A DNA stretch of 45,426 nt from IMG/VR virus record IMGVR_UViG_2595698887_000001. One strand, written 5' to 3'. This document shows positions 17,519 through 25,984 of this stretch, piece by piece. Under the pieces are notes generated by a model. It had not been told where the DNA came from and did no database searches. It saw only the letters and a list, made by a program, of their open reading frames with translations. The translations under genes were made by a program, and so were the position numbers. The first letter of the stretch is position 1. Each line of letters begins with the position of its first letter. This DNA comes from a virus (taxonomy: Duplodnaviria > Heunggongvirae > Uroviricota > Caudoviricetes).

Positions 17519-19012
17519 GTGGCTGCTCAATATGGATTAAACGACTACGGCTTTGCGATCCCATCCCTTGATGATCTAATCGCAGATACAAAGCAGTCAC
17601 TAATCCGAACTTTCGGTGAGAACTTCAACACACAGTCAAACACTATTGTTGATAAGCTTACCACAATTCTGAATGAAAGGGAGTACCAGTTAATCCTTCT
17701 GGCTGCGGCTGTGTATTCTGCACAGACCCTTGCAGGTGCTGAAGGTATTTACCTGGATGAACTGCTTGGTCGTCGTGGTATTTATCGTCGTGGGAAAACA
17801 AGAGGCTCCGGTACGGTGCAGATGGTTGTAAACAACACTGTGCCATACAACATGATTTATAGTGCTGCAACATACAGCATTGACAGTGGTAACTTCGTAC
17901 TTAACCAGGACACCCCGGTAGCTGGTAATATCCTTGCACAGCAAATCCTGAACCCGGACTGGGTGCTTGGTAATTACACCTTCCAAATGATGAACCAGAA
18001 TGATGGTACAACCAAGACAATGGCTCTGACCCTGAGTAACAAAACGCCTAATAGCGCTCAGATGAATGCCTTCATGTCTTCCATCAAAGACTTCATCATC
18101 CAGAACACCACGCAGTTGAACGAAGACAGAATCTTCATTGACTCAGCAAACGGTGCTCTGTATATTGGTTACGATGCCAGTAAGAAAATGATCGGGCTTA
18201 ACAGTCGTGTTGATTTCCGTTCTTCCCCGGTAATCGGTCAGAGAACAATCACGATGGATGTTATCGCCTCTGAAGCTGGTGAGATCTCTCGTGAAGCCAA
18301 CACAGTAACAAACATCAGCCCAACACCAAGTGGCTTTATCAGTATGACAAACATGACCGCATTTAACGATGGGTCAGATGTAGAAACAGACACAGACTAC
18401 AAGGTCCGTGCTGCCAACAGTACCGCTGCTGGCGCTGCTGCTACCCGTCCTGCTGTTATCTCCGCTGTTCTCAACGTAGAGGGTGTGAGCAAGGTCCGTG
18501 TGTTCTCCAACAACACAGGATCAACTGATCAGTACGGTGTTCCTGCATATAAATTCGAAACCGTGGTATATGGCGGATCAACTGAGGATATCAGTCAAGC
18601 ACTTTATAACACAATCGCGCTGTCAAACGCAACCTATGGGAACGTCTTCTATGACATCACTACCGAGGATGACCAGACAGAACGTATTTTCCACAGCAAA
18701 GCACAGGCCCGTGAACTTGCTATTCGAGTTCGTTACAAGGGTAAGCTCCTGTCTGTGACAGAGCAGAACACTATTAAGGATGCTTTGAAGGCAGTCGTTG
18801 ACCCGCTCAACATTGCAGACACCCTGTATAACATCCAGTTGGTTTCTGCGGTAGGTTCTTCAATCTCCCCTGGACGATTCACCCAACTGTTTGTGGATGT
18901 AAAGAACGTTGGTCAGCCAGACAGTTCTTACACCAACAGTGATGTGGTAGCCGGGATGACAGAAGTGTTCGCACTGGATACGGACGACATCACCTTCCAG
19001 CAAATCATCTAA
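17519..19012 (+). CDS. Baseplate wedge protein (baseplate J-like)
   Basis: 497 aa, GTG start with SD GAGGAGG. AEGIYLDELLGRRGIYR, GSDVETDTDYKVR and VEGVSKVRV motifs. Confidence 0.85.
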   Translation: MAAQYGLNDYGFAIPSLDDLIADTKQSLIRTFGENFNTQSNTIVDKLTTILNEREYQLILLAAAVYSAQTLAGAEGIYLDELLGRRGIYRRGKTRGSGTVQMVVNNTVPYNMIYSAATYSIDSGNFVLNQDTPVAGNILAQQILNPDWVLGNYTFQMMNQNDGTTKTMALTLSNKTPNSAQMNAFMSSIKDFIIQNTTQLNEDRIFIDSANGALYIGYDASKKMIGLNSRVDFRSSPVIGQRTITMDVIASEAGEISREANTVTNISPTPSGFISMTNMTAFNDGSDVETDTDYKVRAANSTAAGAAATRPAVISAVLNVEGVSKVRVFSNNTGSTDQYGVPAYKFETVVYGGSTEDISQALYNTIALSNATYGNVFYDITTEDDQTERIFHSKAQARELAIRVRYKGKLLSVTEQNTIKDALKAVVDPLNIADTLYNIQLVSAVGSSISPGRFTQLFVDVKNVGQPDSSYTNSDVVAGMTEVFALDTDDITFQQII

Positions 19013-19022
19013 CGAGGTAAGC

Positions 19023-19655
19023 ATGGCAGATTATCTAAAGGATGTCAACCACATCCATACTCTGCCAGATTTCGTTCAAGGAGGTATTGATTACCTCCCT
19101 GGCGATTTTCTGAAAGAGAAAGAAAACCTTGTCAAGTTCATGACAGTATATCTCGAAAGACTTAAGGCAGTTGACGAAATGTGGGTCAACTTGTCTGAAG
19201 GTAGATTACTGAAGAATGCGACTGGTGTCAACCTCGATGAGATTGGTAAGCAGGTCGGGATCGAACGTAATGGTCTTAGCGATATGAACTATCGTGCGAT
19301 CATCATCATCCTTCTTGCAAGTGCTGCAAAGCATGGTACAAGACCAGAGGTTATTGACACGCTCGATCAATTGTTCGGGACTGGTAATTTCACCACGTAC
19401 AAAGGTGACAACTACCGTTTCGACATCAACATTTCCAAGACATGTTTTGAACTGGAGACTGCTCTCCAGGAGATCCAAGATATGTTGCCTATGCCTACCC
19501 ACCTAAGACTTACAGAGTCCAGCGGTACGGCTTTTGGTTTCTCAGGTGATAAGTATGCACTTGGGTTTGGTTCAATCCACTCAGGTGGTCGTACAGGTGA
19601 AGGTGGCCTTGCACACCTGACATACACGTCTGATGAAGAGAATACCTTGATTTAA
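19023..19655 (+). CDS. Baseplate wedge protein (gpI-like)
   Basis: 210 aa. ATGVNLDEIGKQVGIERNGLSD motif; follows the J-like gene. Confidence 0.75.
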   Translation: MADYLKDVNHIHTLPDFVQGGIDYLPGDFLKEKENLVKFMTVYLERLKAVDEMWVNLSEGRLLKNATGVNLDEIGKQVGIERNGLSDMNYRAIIIILLASAAKHGTRPEVIDTLDQLFGTGNFTTYKGDNYRFDINISKTCFELETALQEIQDMLPMPTHLRLTESSGTAFGFSGDKYALGFGSIHSGGRTGEGGLAHLTYTSDEENTLI

Positions 19656-19666
19656 GGGAGATAACA

Positions 19667-20779
19667 ATGGCAGCGCCAACAGTACCTATTGAAATTTGGG
19701 CCTATGGGAACATTGTCCTCCCTAATACCCACGAGTTAAACAAATCCCGCCCTATTGATGACCTTTGGAACAAAGGTTGGGATATGGGTGAAAAACCTTC
19801 TTGCGAAGAGTTCAACTATGTGTTAAACATGGTTACCGCATGGGCTAAGTATATTACGGGGGAACAGATCCCCGGTCTTGATAGCCGATTCCTGCGTGTT
19901 ACTCAGAACCTTGCCGATGTACCTAACAAGGCTACTGCTCGTACAAACCTCGATGTGTGGAGCAAGGGAGAGTCTGACACGCGTTATGTGAATGTGTCTG
20001 GTGACACTATGACCGGGAACCTTTCTGTTCCTCGTTTAGATTTGCAGGCATCTTCTTCTGACTTTGCCTACATCACCACAACTAACCCAGCGTCTGACTG
20101 GACATACTTTGATTTTGTTCTTGGCGATAATCCAGGGACGGCAGGGTCTTCCGGTGTTGATACAATGCGTTTCCGCTTCACACCTTCTGGTGGTAGCATC
20201 TTTAACATGATGGAACTGAACGCTATCAGCGCTACTGCTGCTCTGTGTCGTGTAACAGGTAACATCATCGCGAGCGGAAGTATTCAGGGTTCTTCAATGA
20301 CAGCAACCTCTGCAACTTTCACGAACGGTACAGTTAGCAACACCTGGACGGTAAACACCCTTCAGTCAACAACAACCCGCGCAACTAACGTTGTGGCTAC
20401 AAACAACGTATCCACCGGGACGCTGAACGTAAGCTCAACAACCACAACTGCTAACCTTGTTGTCCAGAACAACAGTGCAACGGTCGGTGGTCGTCACGTT
20501 GTCCGTGCTGTGAACGGTAACACTGCTGATGGTAACGGTAACGTAACAATTTCCCTGCCACCACAAGGTGTTCAGGATGTTCGTCTGGGTTCCGAGATCT
20601 CTACGAACCGTTATTCCCTCGGTAACGAATCCTTTGTGTATCGTGCCCCAGGCGGGTGTGTTGTGACAGGTTTTAACATCTGGTCAAAATCAGGTAACAA
20701 CGACGAATTCCGTGATATGTATTCTCGCCCAATCCAGAAGTATATCAACGGCGGTTGGTACACAATCGGACAGCTATAA
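19667..20779 (+). CDS. Short tail fibre protein
   Basis: 370 aa. Baseplate-attachment N-terminus (KGWDMGEKPSCEEFNYVLN). C-terminal VQDVRLG...RPIQKYINGGWYTI is a P2 gpH / Mu S-type tip. Confidence 0.8.
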   Translation: MAAPTVPIEIWAYGNIVLPNTHELNKSRPIDDLWNKGWDMGEKPSCEEFNYVLNMVTAWAKYITGEQIPGLDSRFLRVTQNLADVPNKATARTNLDVWSKGESDTRYVNVSGDTMTGNLSVPRLDLQASSSDFAYITTTNPASDWTYFDFVLGDNPGTAGSSGVDTMRFRFTPSGGSIFNMMELNAISATAALCRVTGNIIASGSIQGSSMTATSATFTNGTVSNTWTVNTLQSTTTRATNVVATNNVSTGTLNVSSTTTTANLVVQNNSATVGGRHVVRAVNGNTADGNGNVTISLPPQGVQDVRLGSEISTNRYSLGNESFVYRAPGGCVVTGFNIWSKSGNNDEFRDMYSRPIQKYINGGWYTIGQL

Positions 20780-20790
20780 CAGGAGGCTAA

Positions 20791-21306
20791 ATGGTACACC
20801 TTAAGAATGTGGAGATCTATACTCCTGAGAAAGTACCTGAAGAACTCGCAACCTACGGGGTGATGTTCTTTAGATCTGAGGATGGTCAGGATTTTTATGA
20901 GGCCATCAAAGACATGAAAGAAGACACAATGAAGGTCTTATACGCAGACGGTATTGTAACAGGGTTTTCCCTTGATGCAAGCTCTCTGTATCCACCGGGT
21001 GCCTCTCTCATCGAGGTCCCCCTGGATAAAATTCCTGCGGATCTTGAACTTGGTCGGAAATATCTCTTTGATGCAAAGACTCTCAAATTCAAAGTCAACC
21101 CTGACTTCTTGACAAGGGATCTTGACATCCAGAAGCAAAACCTGCTGGCACTGGCGAACGATAAGATCGCTCAGTATCAGGACAAGGTGGATCTGGAGAC
21201 CGCTACCAAGGGGGAAGTAACCGCCCTTAAGAACTGGAAAGCCTATAGAATCAAAGTTCGTGAAGCGACTGACGTGGGTTCTCTACCAAAACAACCACGC
21301 GTGTAA
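20791..21306 (+). CDS. Tail fibre assembly chaperone (Tfa-like)
   Basis: 171 aa. FRSEDGQDFY at the N-terminus; LKNWKAYRIKV...LPKQP at the C-terminus. Confidence 0.8.
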   Translation: MVHLKNVEIYTPEKVPEELATYGVMFFRSEDGQDFYEAIKDMKEDTMKVLYADGIVTGFSLDASSLYPPGASLIEVPLDKIPADLELGRKYLFDAKTLKFKVNPDFLTRDLDIQKQNLLALANDKIAQYQDKVDLETATKGEVTALKNWKAYRIKVREATDVGSLPKQPRV

Positions 21307-21315
21307 GGAGCTAAC

Positions 21316-21630
21316 ATGTCCATTGATCTATTTGCTATCCTGAAAGCTGTCTGGGGCGTTATCACGTTTGTCCTGATTGGTGTCCTTAGAATCACATACT
21401 CCGATTACAAAAAAACGCAAGAACGCCTTGATGAACTTGATAAAGATATCATAAGGATTAAGGCAGAGATGGTCACAAAAGAGAAACTGGATGAGATTCT
21501 GGATAAGAAACTCAAGACCGTTCGTGATGACGTTTCAGAATTACGTAAGGACATCAAAGAAGATGTGGGCGACCTGAGAGCAGACCTGAGCAATCAGTTT
21601 AAAATGCTCATGGAGCGTCAACTTAGATGA
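21316..21630 (+). CDS. Single-TM coiled-coil protein (possible holin/antiholin)
   Basis: 104 aa; one hydrophobic helix followed by a charged heptad coiled coil. Confidence 0.5.
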   Translation: MSIDLFAILKAVWGVITFVLIGVLRITYSDYKKTQERLDELDKDIIRIKAEMVTKEKLDEILDKKLKTVRDDVSELRKDIKEDVGDLRADLSNQFKMLMERQLR

Positions 21631-22100
21631 TAAGTTCAGCACTGTATTTTATTTGCTTTGCAGTGCTGCTGCTTAACGCTGACAAGGGAATACGGATCAT
21701 GTCTATTTTTGGTATGATCCATATTCTTTTAGAGAATGCACTGTACTGGTGGTTCTCTGCACACGGCGTTTATTTTGATTTGTCATTGTATATGACCCTG
21801 TGTTGGTTGCTCGACATCGCCCTTTTATTCGGTACAGCGTGTGTATTGTCGGGATGGAAGAAGAAGTTGACACTTTCGGTGTCGGTTCCGATACTCTTCT
21901 GCCAGATAATAGTCATGCAATTTCCATTCCTCTTACCATTTGCATTGAACTTTGTCATCAACTCGTCATATCAAACCTTAATGGAGGTGCTGATTCTTTG
22001 TGCTTCTTTCAAGGATAACACAATCAAAGAGTGGGTCAAGACTGCAACAGTGGTAAGCCTCGTGGTTCTTGCAAGGTTCCTACCCATGTTAGTTCATTGA
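21627..22100 (+). CDS. Multi-pass membrane protein
   Basis: 157 aa with about 4-5 hydrophobic segments; ATGA overlap with the previous gene. Confidence 0.6.
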   Translation: MISSALYFICFAVLLLNADKGIRIMSIFGMIHILLENALYWWFSAHGVYFDLSLYMTLCWLLDIALLFGTACVLSGWKKKLTLSVSVPILFCQIIVMQFPFLLPFALNFVINSSYQTLMEVLILCASFKDNTIKEWVKTATVVSLVVLARFLPMLVH

Positions 22101-22115
22101 GAATCTTGAGGAAAT

Positions 22116-22385
22116 ATGTTAAAATCAATAATGAAATTTATGAAAGACCTTGTTAGATCCCCGGTTGATCCGGATAAGGCCTCACACACAAAGTTCTGGA
22201 GCAATATCGGCCTGGCAGCTATGACCGCAGTATTCCTTTATTGGGGATTCAAAGGCACGTTGACAGAGTGGTACATGTGGGTTTATGCACCCACTGTTGC
22301 TGCCCCGCAACTTATCAGTAAACTCATCTCTCTTCGTTGGGGCGTAACAGAAGCCCAGCGTGAAGATCAAAAGTCAGACCAATAA
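22116..22385 (+). CDS. Putative holin (DUF2644-like)
   Basis: 89 aa, two TM helices, charged termini; ASHTKFWSNIG resembles the SHSKLWANVA motif of that family (recalled). Confidence 0.5.
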   Translation: MLKSIMKFMKDLVRSPVDPDKASHTKFWSNIGLAAMTAVFLYWGFKGTLTEWYMWVYAPTVAAPQLISKLISLRWGVTEAQREDQKSDQ

Positions 22386-22395
22386 GGAGACTCTT

Positions 22396-24204
22396 GTGGC
22401 AGATATGACTCAATTTGAACAGGCTGTTGATCAGGTTATCGAAGACTCTGAACGCCTGCACAAAGTTGTCAACGGAACGGCTTCTGAAACTGTTGTTACT
22501 GAAGATGGTAGCACCATCCCAACAGTTCGTAAAGCTCTTCTCGACAACTTATTTTTTAAGACACCGCCTATTCCTTGGGTAGCCGGGTCTCAGGCAACGG
22601 TCTTTAACCAGCTTTACGCATTCAACGGTACAAACGGTGTCCAGTGGTGGTATGCACCTGGTGCAACAGCAACTACTCCTGTAACTCTGCCTGCAAACCC
22701 ATCTACCAGTGTTAACTGGAGACTGTATAATGATGCGGCTGCGATGGCTTCCATCTATGCCCCTATCAACAGTCCGATCCTGACTGGTAACCCGCAGGCT
22801 CCAACCCCTGCTGCAAACAGCAACAGTACCACTATTGCAACAACAGCCTTTGTGACAACAGCAATTGCAAGCGCACTGTCCAGCATCTCTGGTGGTAGCG
22901 TTACTTTTGCAAACGTGACTGTCTCTGGGGCAACAACCCTGAATACCCTTACCGTCAACGGGACAACTACGTTAAACGGTCCGGTGAACGCAGACAACTC
23001 TACGGGTCGTTTCCAGAACCTGATTTTGACTAAGCAGGCTTCCAGCCTGACATTTGTCTACACAGATGCTGCTAACCCAACATTCTTCAAGACACGCCTT
23101 GATCCTTACGCGATCCAGACCCACAACCTGCAAACAGATATTATTGTCAACGGTACAGTTTCCGCTGATGACACCACAATGTCAATGACAGGTGTTGGTA
23201 ACAACGTCTTCGACTATGTTTATATCCGTGGTAATAACGCGAAAGATGTCTCTGCTCCACGACTGAAAGTTTCAGGGATGACTGAGGTAGAGAACCTTCA
23301 CATCACAGGCTCTGTAACTGGTTTAAGCTTCAGTGTGAATGGCTTAGATATCAGCCCTAACTCTGTAACAACCACAGCAGGTATCACCGTAGGTTCCGAC
23401 CTGCAAGTGAACGGGTCTGCAACACTGGGTAACACCACAGTTTCCAGCCTTGAAGTGATCAACACCCTCAAGGTCGATGGTTCTACAACCCTTGTTGACT
23501 TCACAGCTTCAAGTGGTACAATCACTGGACCCTTCACTGTTGGTGGTCTAAGCAACCTGAATGGTGGTTTCACTACCGGATCAGCTAATGGATCAATCGG
23601 TGGTAATCTCTCCGTGACTGGTTCAACAGAGCTTCTTTCCGGGCTGAATGTAACTGGGGATGTTGCAATCAATGGTAACCTATCAGCGACTGGCGATGTC
23701 AACCTGAACAACGGTTCCGGAACAACAACGGTGAACAACCTTGTTATCCAGGGTACTGTGACAGGGCTGACAGTTGACCTGACAGGACAATCTGTTAGTG
23801 TTGCCTCTTTGACTGCTACAGGATCTGTTACGGCTGCTACTCTTACTGTGCAGGACACAGCAGACCTTCCTAATGCCCGTGTTGGATTCCTGACGCTGGT
23901 TGCGGAAGACGTTGAGAGTTCTACTGCGAACTGGACCCCAAGCGGGACATCAAACATCTATACGGTCTTGGTTGACGCAAACCTGACAATCGGTGCATGG
24001 CCTTCTCCACCAAACGCATTCTCTGCAATGATTTACTTGACCCAGGATGCAACCGGAGGGCACACGGTAACACTTGACCCTAACTATCTGGTGCTTAACA
24101 GCGAAACAATCAACCAGACAGCGGGTTCTGTGACTATTCTTCAGCTTACCTATAACGGTGTTGAAGATGGGGTTATCGACACAGTGATTGTTCGTCGTCC
24201 ATAA
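22396..24204 (+). CDS. Long tail fibre
   Basis: GTG start at 22396 with SD AAGGAG. Thr/Gly/Val-rich triple-beta repeats, SNSTTIATTAFV fibre motif, C-terminal LTQDATGGHTV domain. Confidence 0.8.
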   Translation: MADMTQFEQAVDQVIEDSERLHKVVNGTASETVVTEDGSTIPTVRKALLDNLFFKTPPIPWVAGSQATVFNQLYAFNGTNGVQWWYAPGATATTPVTLPANPSTSVNWRLYNDAAAMASIYAPINSPILTGNPQAPTPAANSNSTTIATTAFVTTAIASALSSISGGSVTFANVTVSGATTLNTLTVNGTTTLNGPVNADNSTGRFQNLILTKQASSLTFVYTDAANPTFFKTRLDPYAIQTHNLQTDIIVNGTVSADDTTMSMTGVGNNVFDYVYIRGNNAKDVSAPRLKVSGMTEVENLHITGSVTGLSFSVNGLDISPNSVTTTAGITVGSDLQVNGSATLGNTTVSSLEVINTLKVDGSTTLVDFTASSGTITGPFTVGGLSNLNGGFTTGSANGSIGGNLSVTGSTELLSGLNVTGDVAINGNLSATGDVNLNNGSGTTTVNNLVIQGTVTGLTVDLTGQSVSVASLTATGSVTAATLTVQDTADLPNARVGFLTLVAEDVESSTANWTPSGTSNIYTVLVDANLTIGAWPSPPNAFSAMIYLTQDATGGHTVTLDPNYLVLNSETINQTAGSVTILQLTYNGVEDGVIDTVIVRRP

Positions 24205-24211
24205 TATCAAG

Positions 24212-24238
24212 GGCTGTCTTCGGACAGCCTTTTCTTTA
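24212..24238 (+). terminator. Intrinsic terminator
   Basis: GGCTGTC-TTCG-GACAGCC followed by TTTTCTTT. Confidence 0.7.
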
Positions 24239-24248
24239 GGAGGTTTTA

Positions 24249-25952
24249 ATGTTTCCTATTCCAAGCCTGTTCCTGCTAATGGCAGGTGGTGGTACAACAC
24301 CACTGCCTCCTGGCGGGGTGAAAAAGATCGCTTTCTCCAGAGAACAAACGTCTGGTGTAAAAAGATCTATGGCTATTCTTCTAACAGACGGAAGACTCTA
24401 CACCCAAGGTGATAATGCCTGGGGTGAATGTGCAGATGGGACGACAAGCCCATTCTATGATCATTGGAAACTTGCTGCAAGCAATGTAGCAGATGTTTTC
24501 GGTGTTGGAAAGGCTTTTGTAGTAAAATACAATAGCGGGGGCTGGCAATACGCTGGTGACCAAGGCCAGTTCACAGGCTCAACGTCTAATATGATGGCAT
24601 GGACAAGCTTCCCGTCTTCAATTACGGGCACTGTTAATCTGGCGAATCTTGTTAGTGTGGTTGGTGGGGGTGGTAATACCCTTTGGATCATGAGTAACGG
24701 AACCCTCTACGGGAGTGGTCCTAATGCAAACGGATGCCTTGGGTCGGGCAACTCAAACCCTATCCCAACACCACGCACAATCAGCACCTCTTGCATACGT
24801 GCTTTTGGTCTTAATGCTTGCGTAACCTACCTCAATAACGTAGGTGTTCCTCGTGTTTGCGGGTCTACTTACGGTATCAATGGCTCATTTACACCAATCA
24901 CCAGTTTCGCAAGTGTAACATTCCCAGGGGCCACCGGAACAATCTATGCAAAAGAGTGGATGTGCAACGAAGACAACACGATTGCGATTGCCTCTGCTGG
25001 TGCGTCTGATACCGATCATTATCTGTATACTCGTGGCATCACAACAAACAACGCAACGTACACAAAAGTTAGCGGATTCGGTCCATTCACAACATTCCGT
25101 GTCCTGGATGGTGGTCAGTCGAGATTCTTTATTGCTGACGATGCTCTGTATGCGTTGGGGGATTCGCAGAGAAACCTCGGACTTGGAGACACCACCACTT
25201 CGGTTACAGTCCCTACTGTGATTCCTGTTCCTACTGGCGCAGATTGGGATCTTAGCAAGTTGACTTTTGTTGCCGAAATGAAGGGCGATAACATGTCTCA
25301 AGGCGCGACACTTGGACACTGGATGGTTTATGACGGTAACCTGTTCTATACGGGTAGTCCAAAAGGCTTCTTTGGCAGTACAACAATTGTAGGAAAATTC
25401 ACAAACGTGCCAGAAAACTCCTTCGAAGGTATACGTGCCGACTCTATCACCACAGGGTCTATCGGCGTGGCGATTGTTGGTACTACTAAACAGCTTACGT
25501 GGTCTATCGACCCACCTGGTGCTGAAATCTATGACCTACAGTTTAGCTCAAGCCATCCAGAGTTTGCAACAATTGATGCGAATGGTCTTATGACCTTCGT
25601 TGCTGAGGGTGGTTTTGATATCACCATGACAGCGAAGACAGGGACAAGTGCAACAACCTTGACAGATACTTCAGGTGGTTATGTTTCAACACTTGGAATG
25701 GCTACTGATAGCCTTTCTGCGATGACTGTTGGTGAGACAAAACAGCTTGTTTATACGGTCACACCAGCGGGTGTTGAGAACTTGGATGGTTACTCGATCA
25801 CCTTCTCCAGTGAAGATCCTGCGGTAGCAACCGTAAGCCCTACAGGACTGATTACCGCAGTTGCTGACGGAGGAACTCGTATCCACGCAACAGCAGCAGT
25901 TCAGACTGTAACAGCAGACGATAGCTCTTATCTGTCAGTGAACGCTCCATAA
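24249..25952 (+). CDS. Fibre-associated protein with RCC1/BLIP-II-like repeats and two Ig-like (Big_2) domains
   Basis: 567 aa. Repeats DGRLYTQGDNAWGECADG and NGTLYGSGPNANGCLGSG; two VGxTKQL...FSSxxPxxATx...G domains. Confidence 0.75.
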   Translation: MFPIPSLFLLMAGGGTTPLPPGGVKKIAFSREQTSGVKRSMAILLTDGRLYTQGDNAWGECADGTTSPFYDHWKLAASNVADVFGVGKAFVVKYNSGGWQYAGDQGQFTGSTSNMMAWTSFPSSITGTVNLANLVSVVGGGGNTLWIMSNGTLYGSGPNANGCLGSGNSNPIPTPRTISTSCIRAFGLNACVTYLNNVGVPRVCGSTYGINGSFTPITSFASVTFPGATGTIYAKEWMCNEDNTIAIASAGASDTDHYLYTRGITTNNATYTKVSGFGPFTTFRVLDGGQSRFFIADDALYALGDSQRNLGLGDTTTSVTVPTVIPVPTGADWDLSKLTFVAEMKGDNMSQGATLGHWMVYDGNLFYTGSPKGFFGSTTIVGKFTNVPENSFEGIRADSITTGSIGVAIVGTTKQLTWSIDPPGAEIYDLQFSSSHPEFATIDANGLMTFVAEGGFDITMTAKTGTSATTLTDTSGGYVSTLGMATDSLSAMTVGETKQLVYTVTPAGVENLDGYSITFSSEDPAVATVSPTGLITAVADGGTRIHATAAVQTVTADDSSYLSVNAP

Positions 25953-25953
25953 C

Positions 25954-25983
25954 AAAAAGGCTCCCTATTGGGAGCCTTTCTTA
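25954..25983. terminator. Bidirectional terminator at the convergence of the two gene blocks
   Basis: AAAAAGGCTCCC-TATT-GGGAGCCTTTCTT, with T-tracts on both strands. Confidence 0.85.
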
Positions 25984-25984
25984 T

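Noticed and set aside
3339-25886. Many 60-220 aa minus-strand ORFs inside structural genes
   Set aside because: Fully overlapped by well-supported plus-strand genes, with compositions mirroring the sense strand. Only 310..714 has its own SD, promoter and free space.
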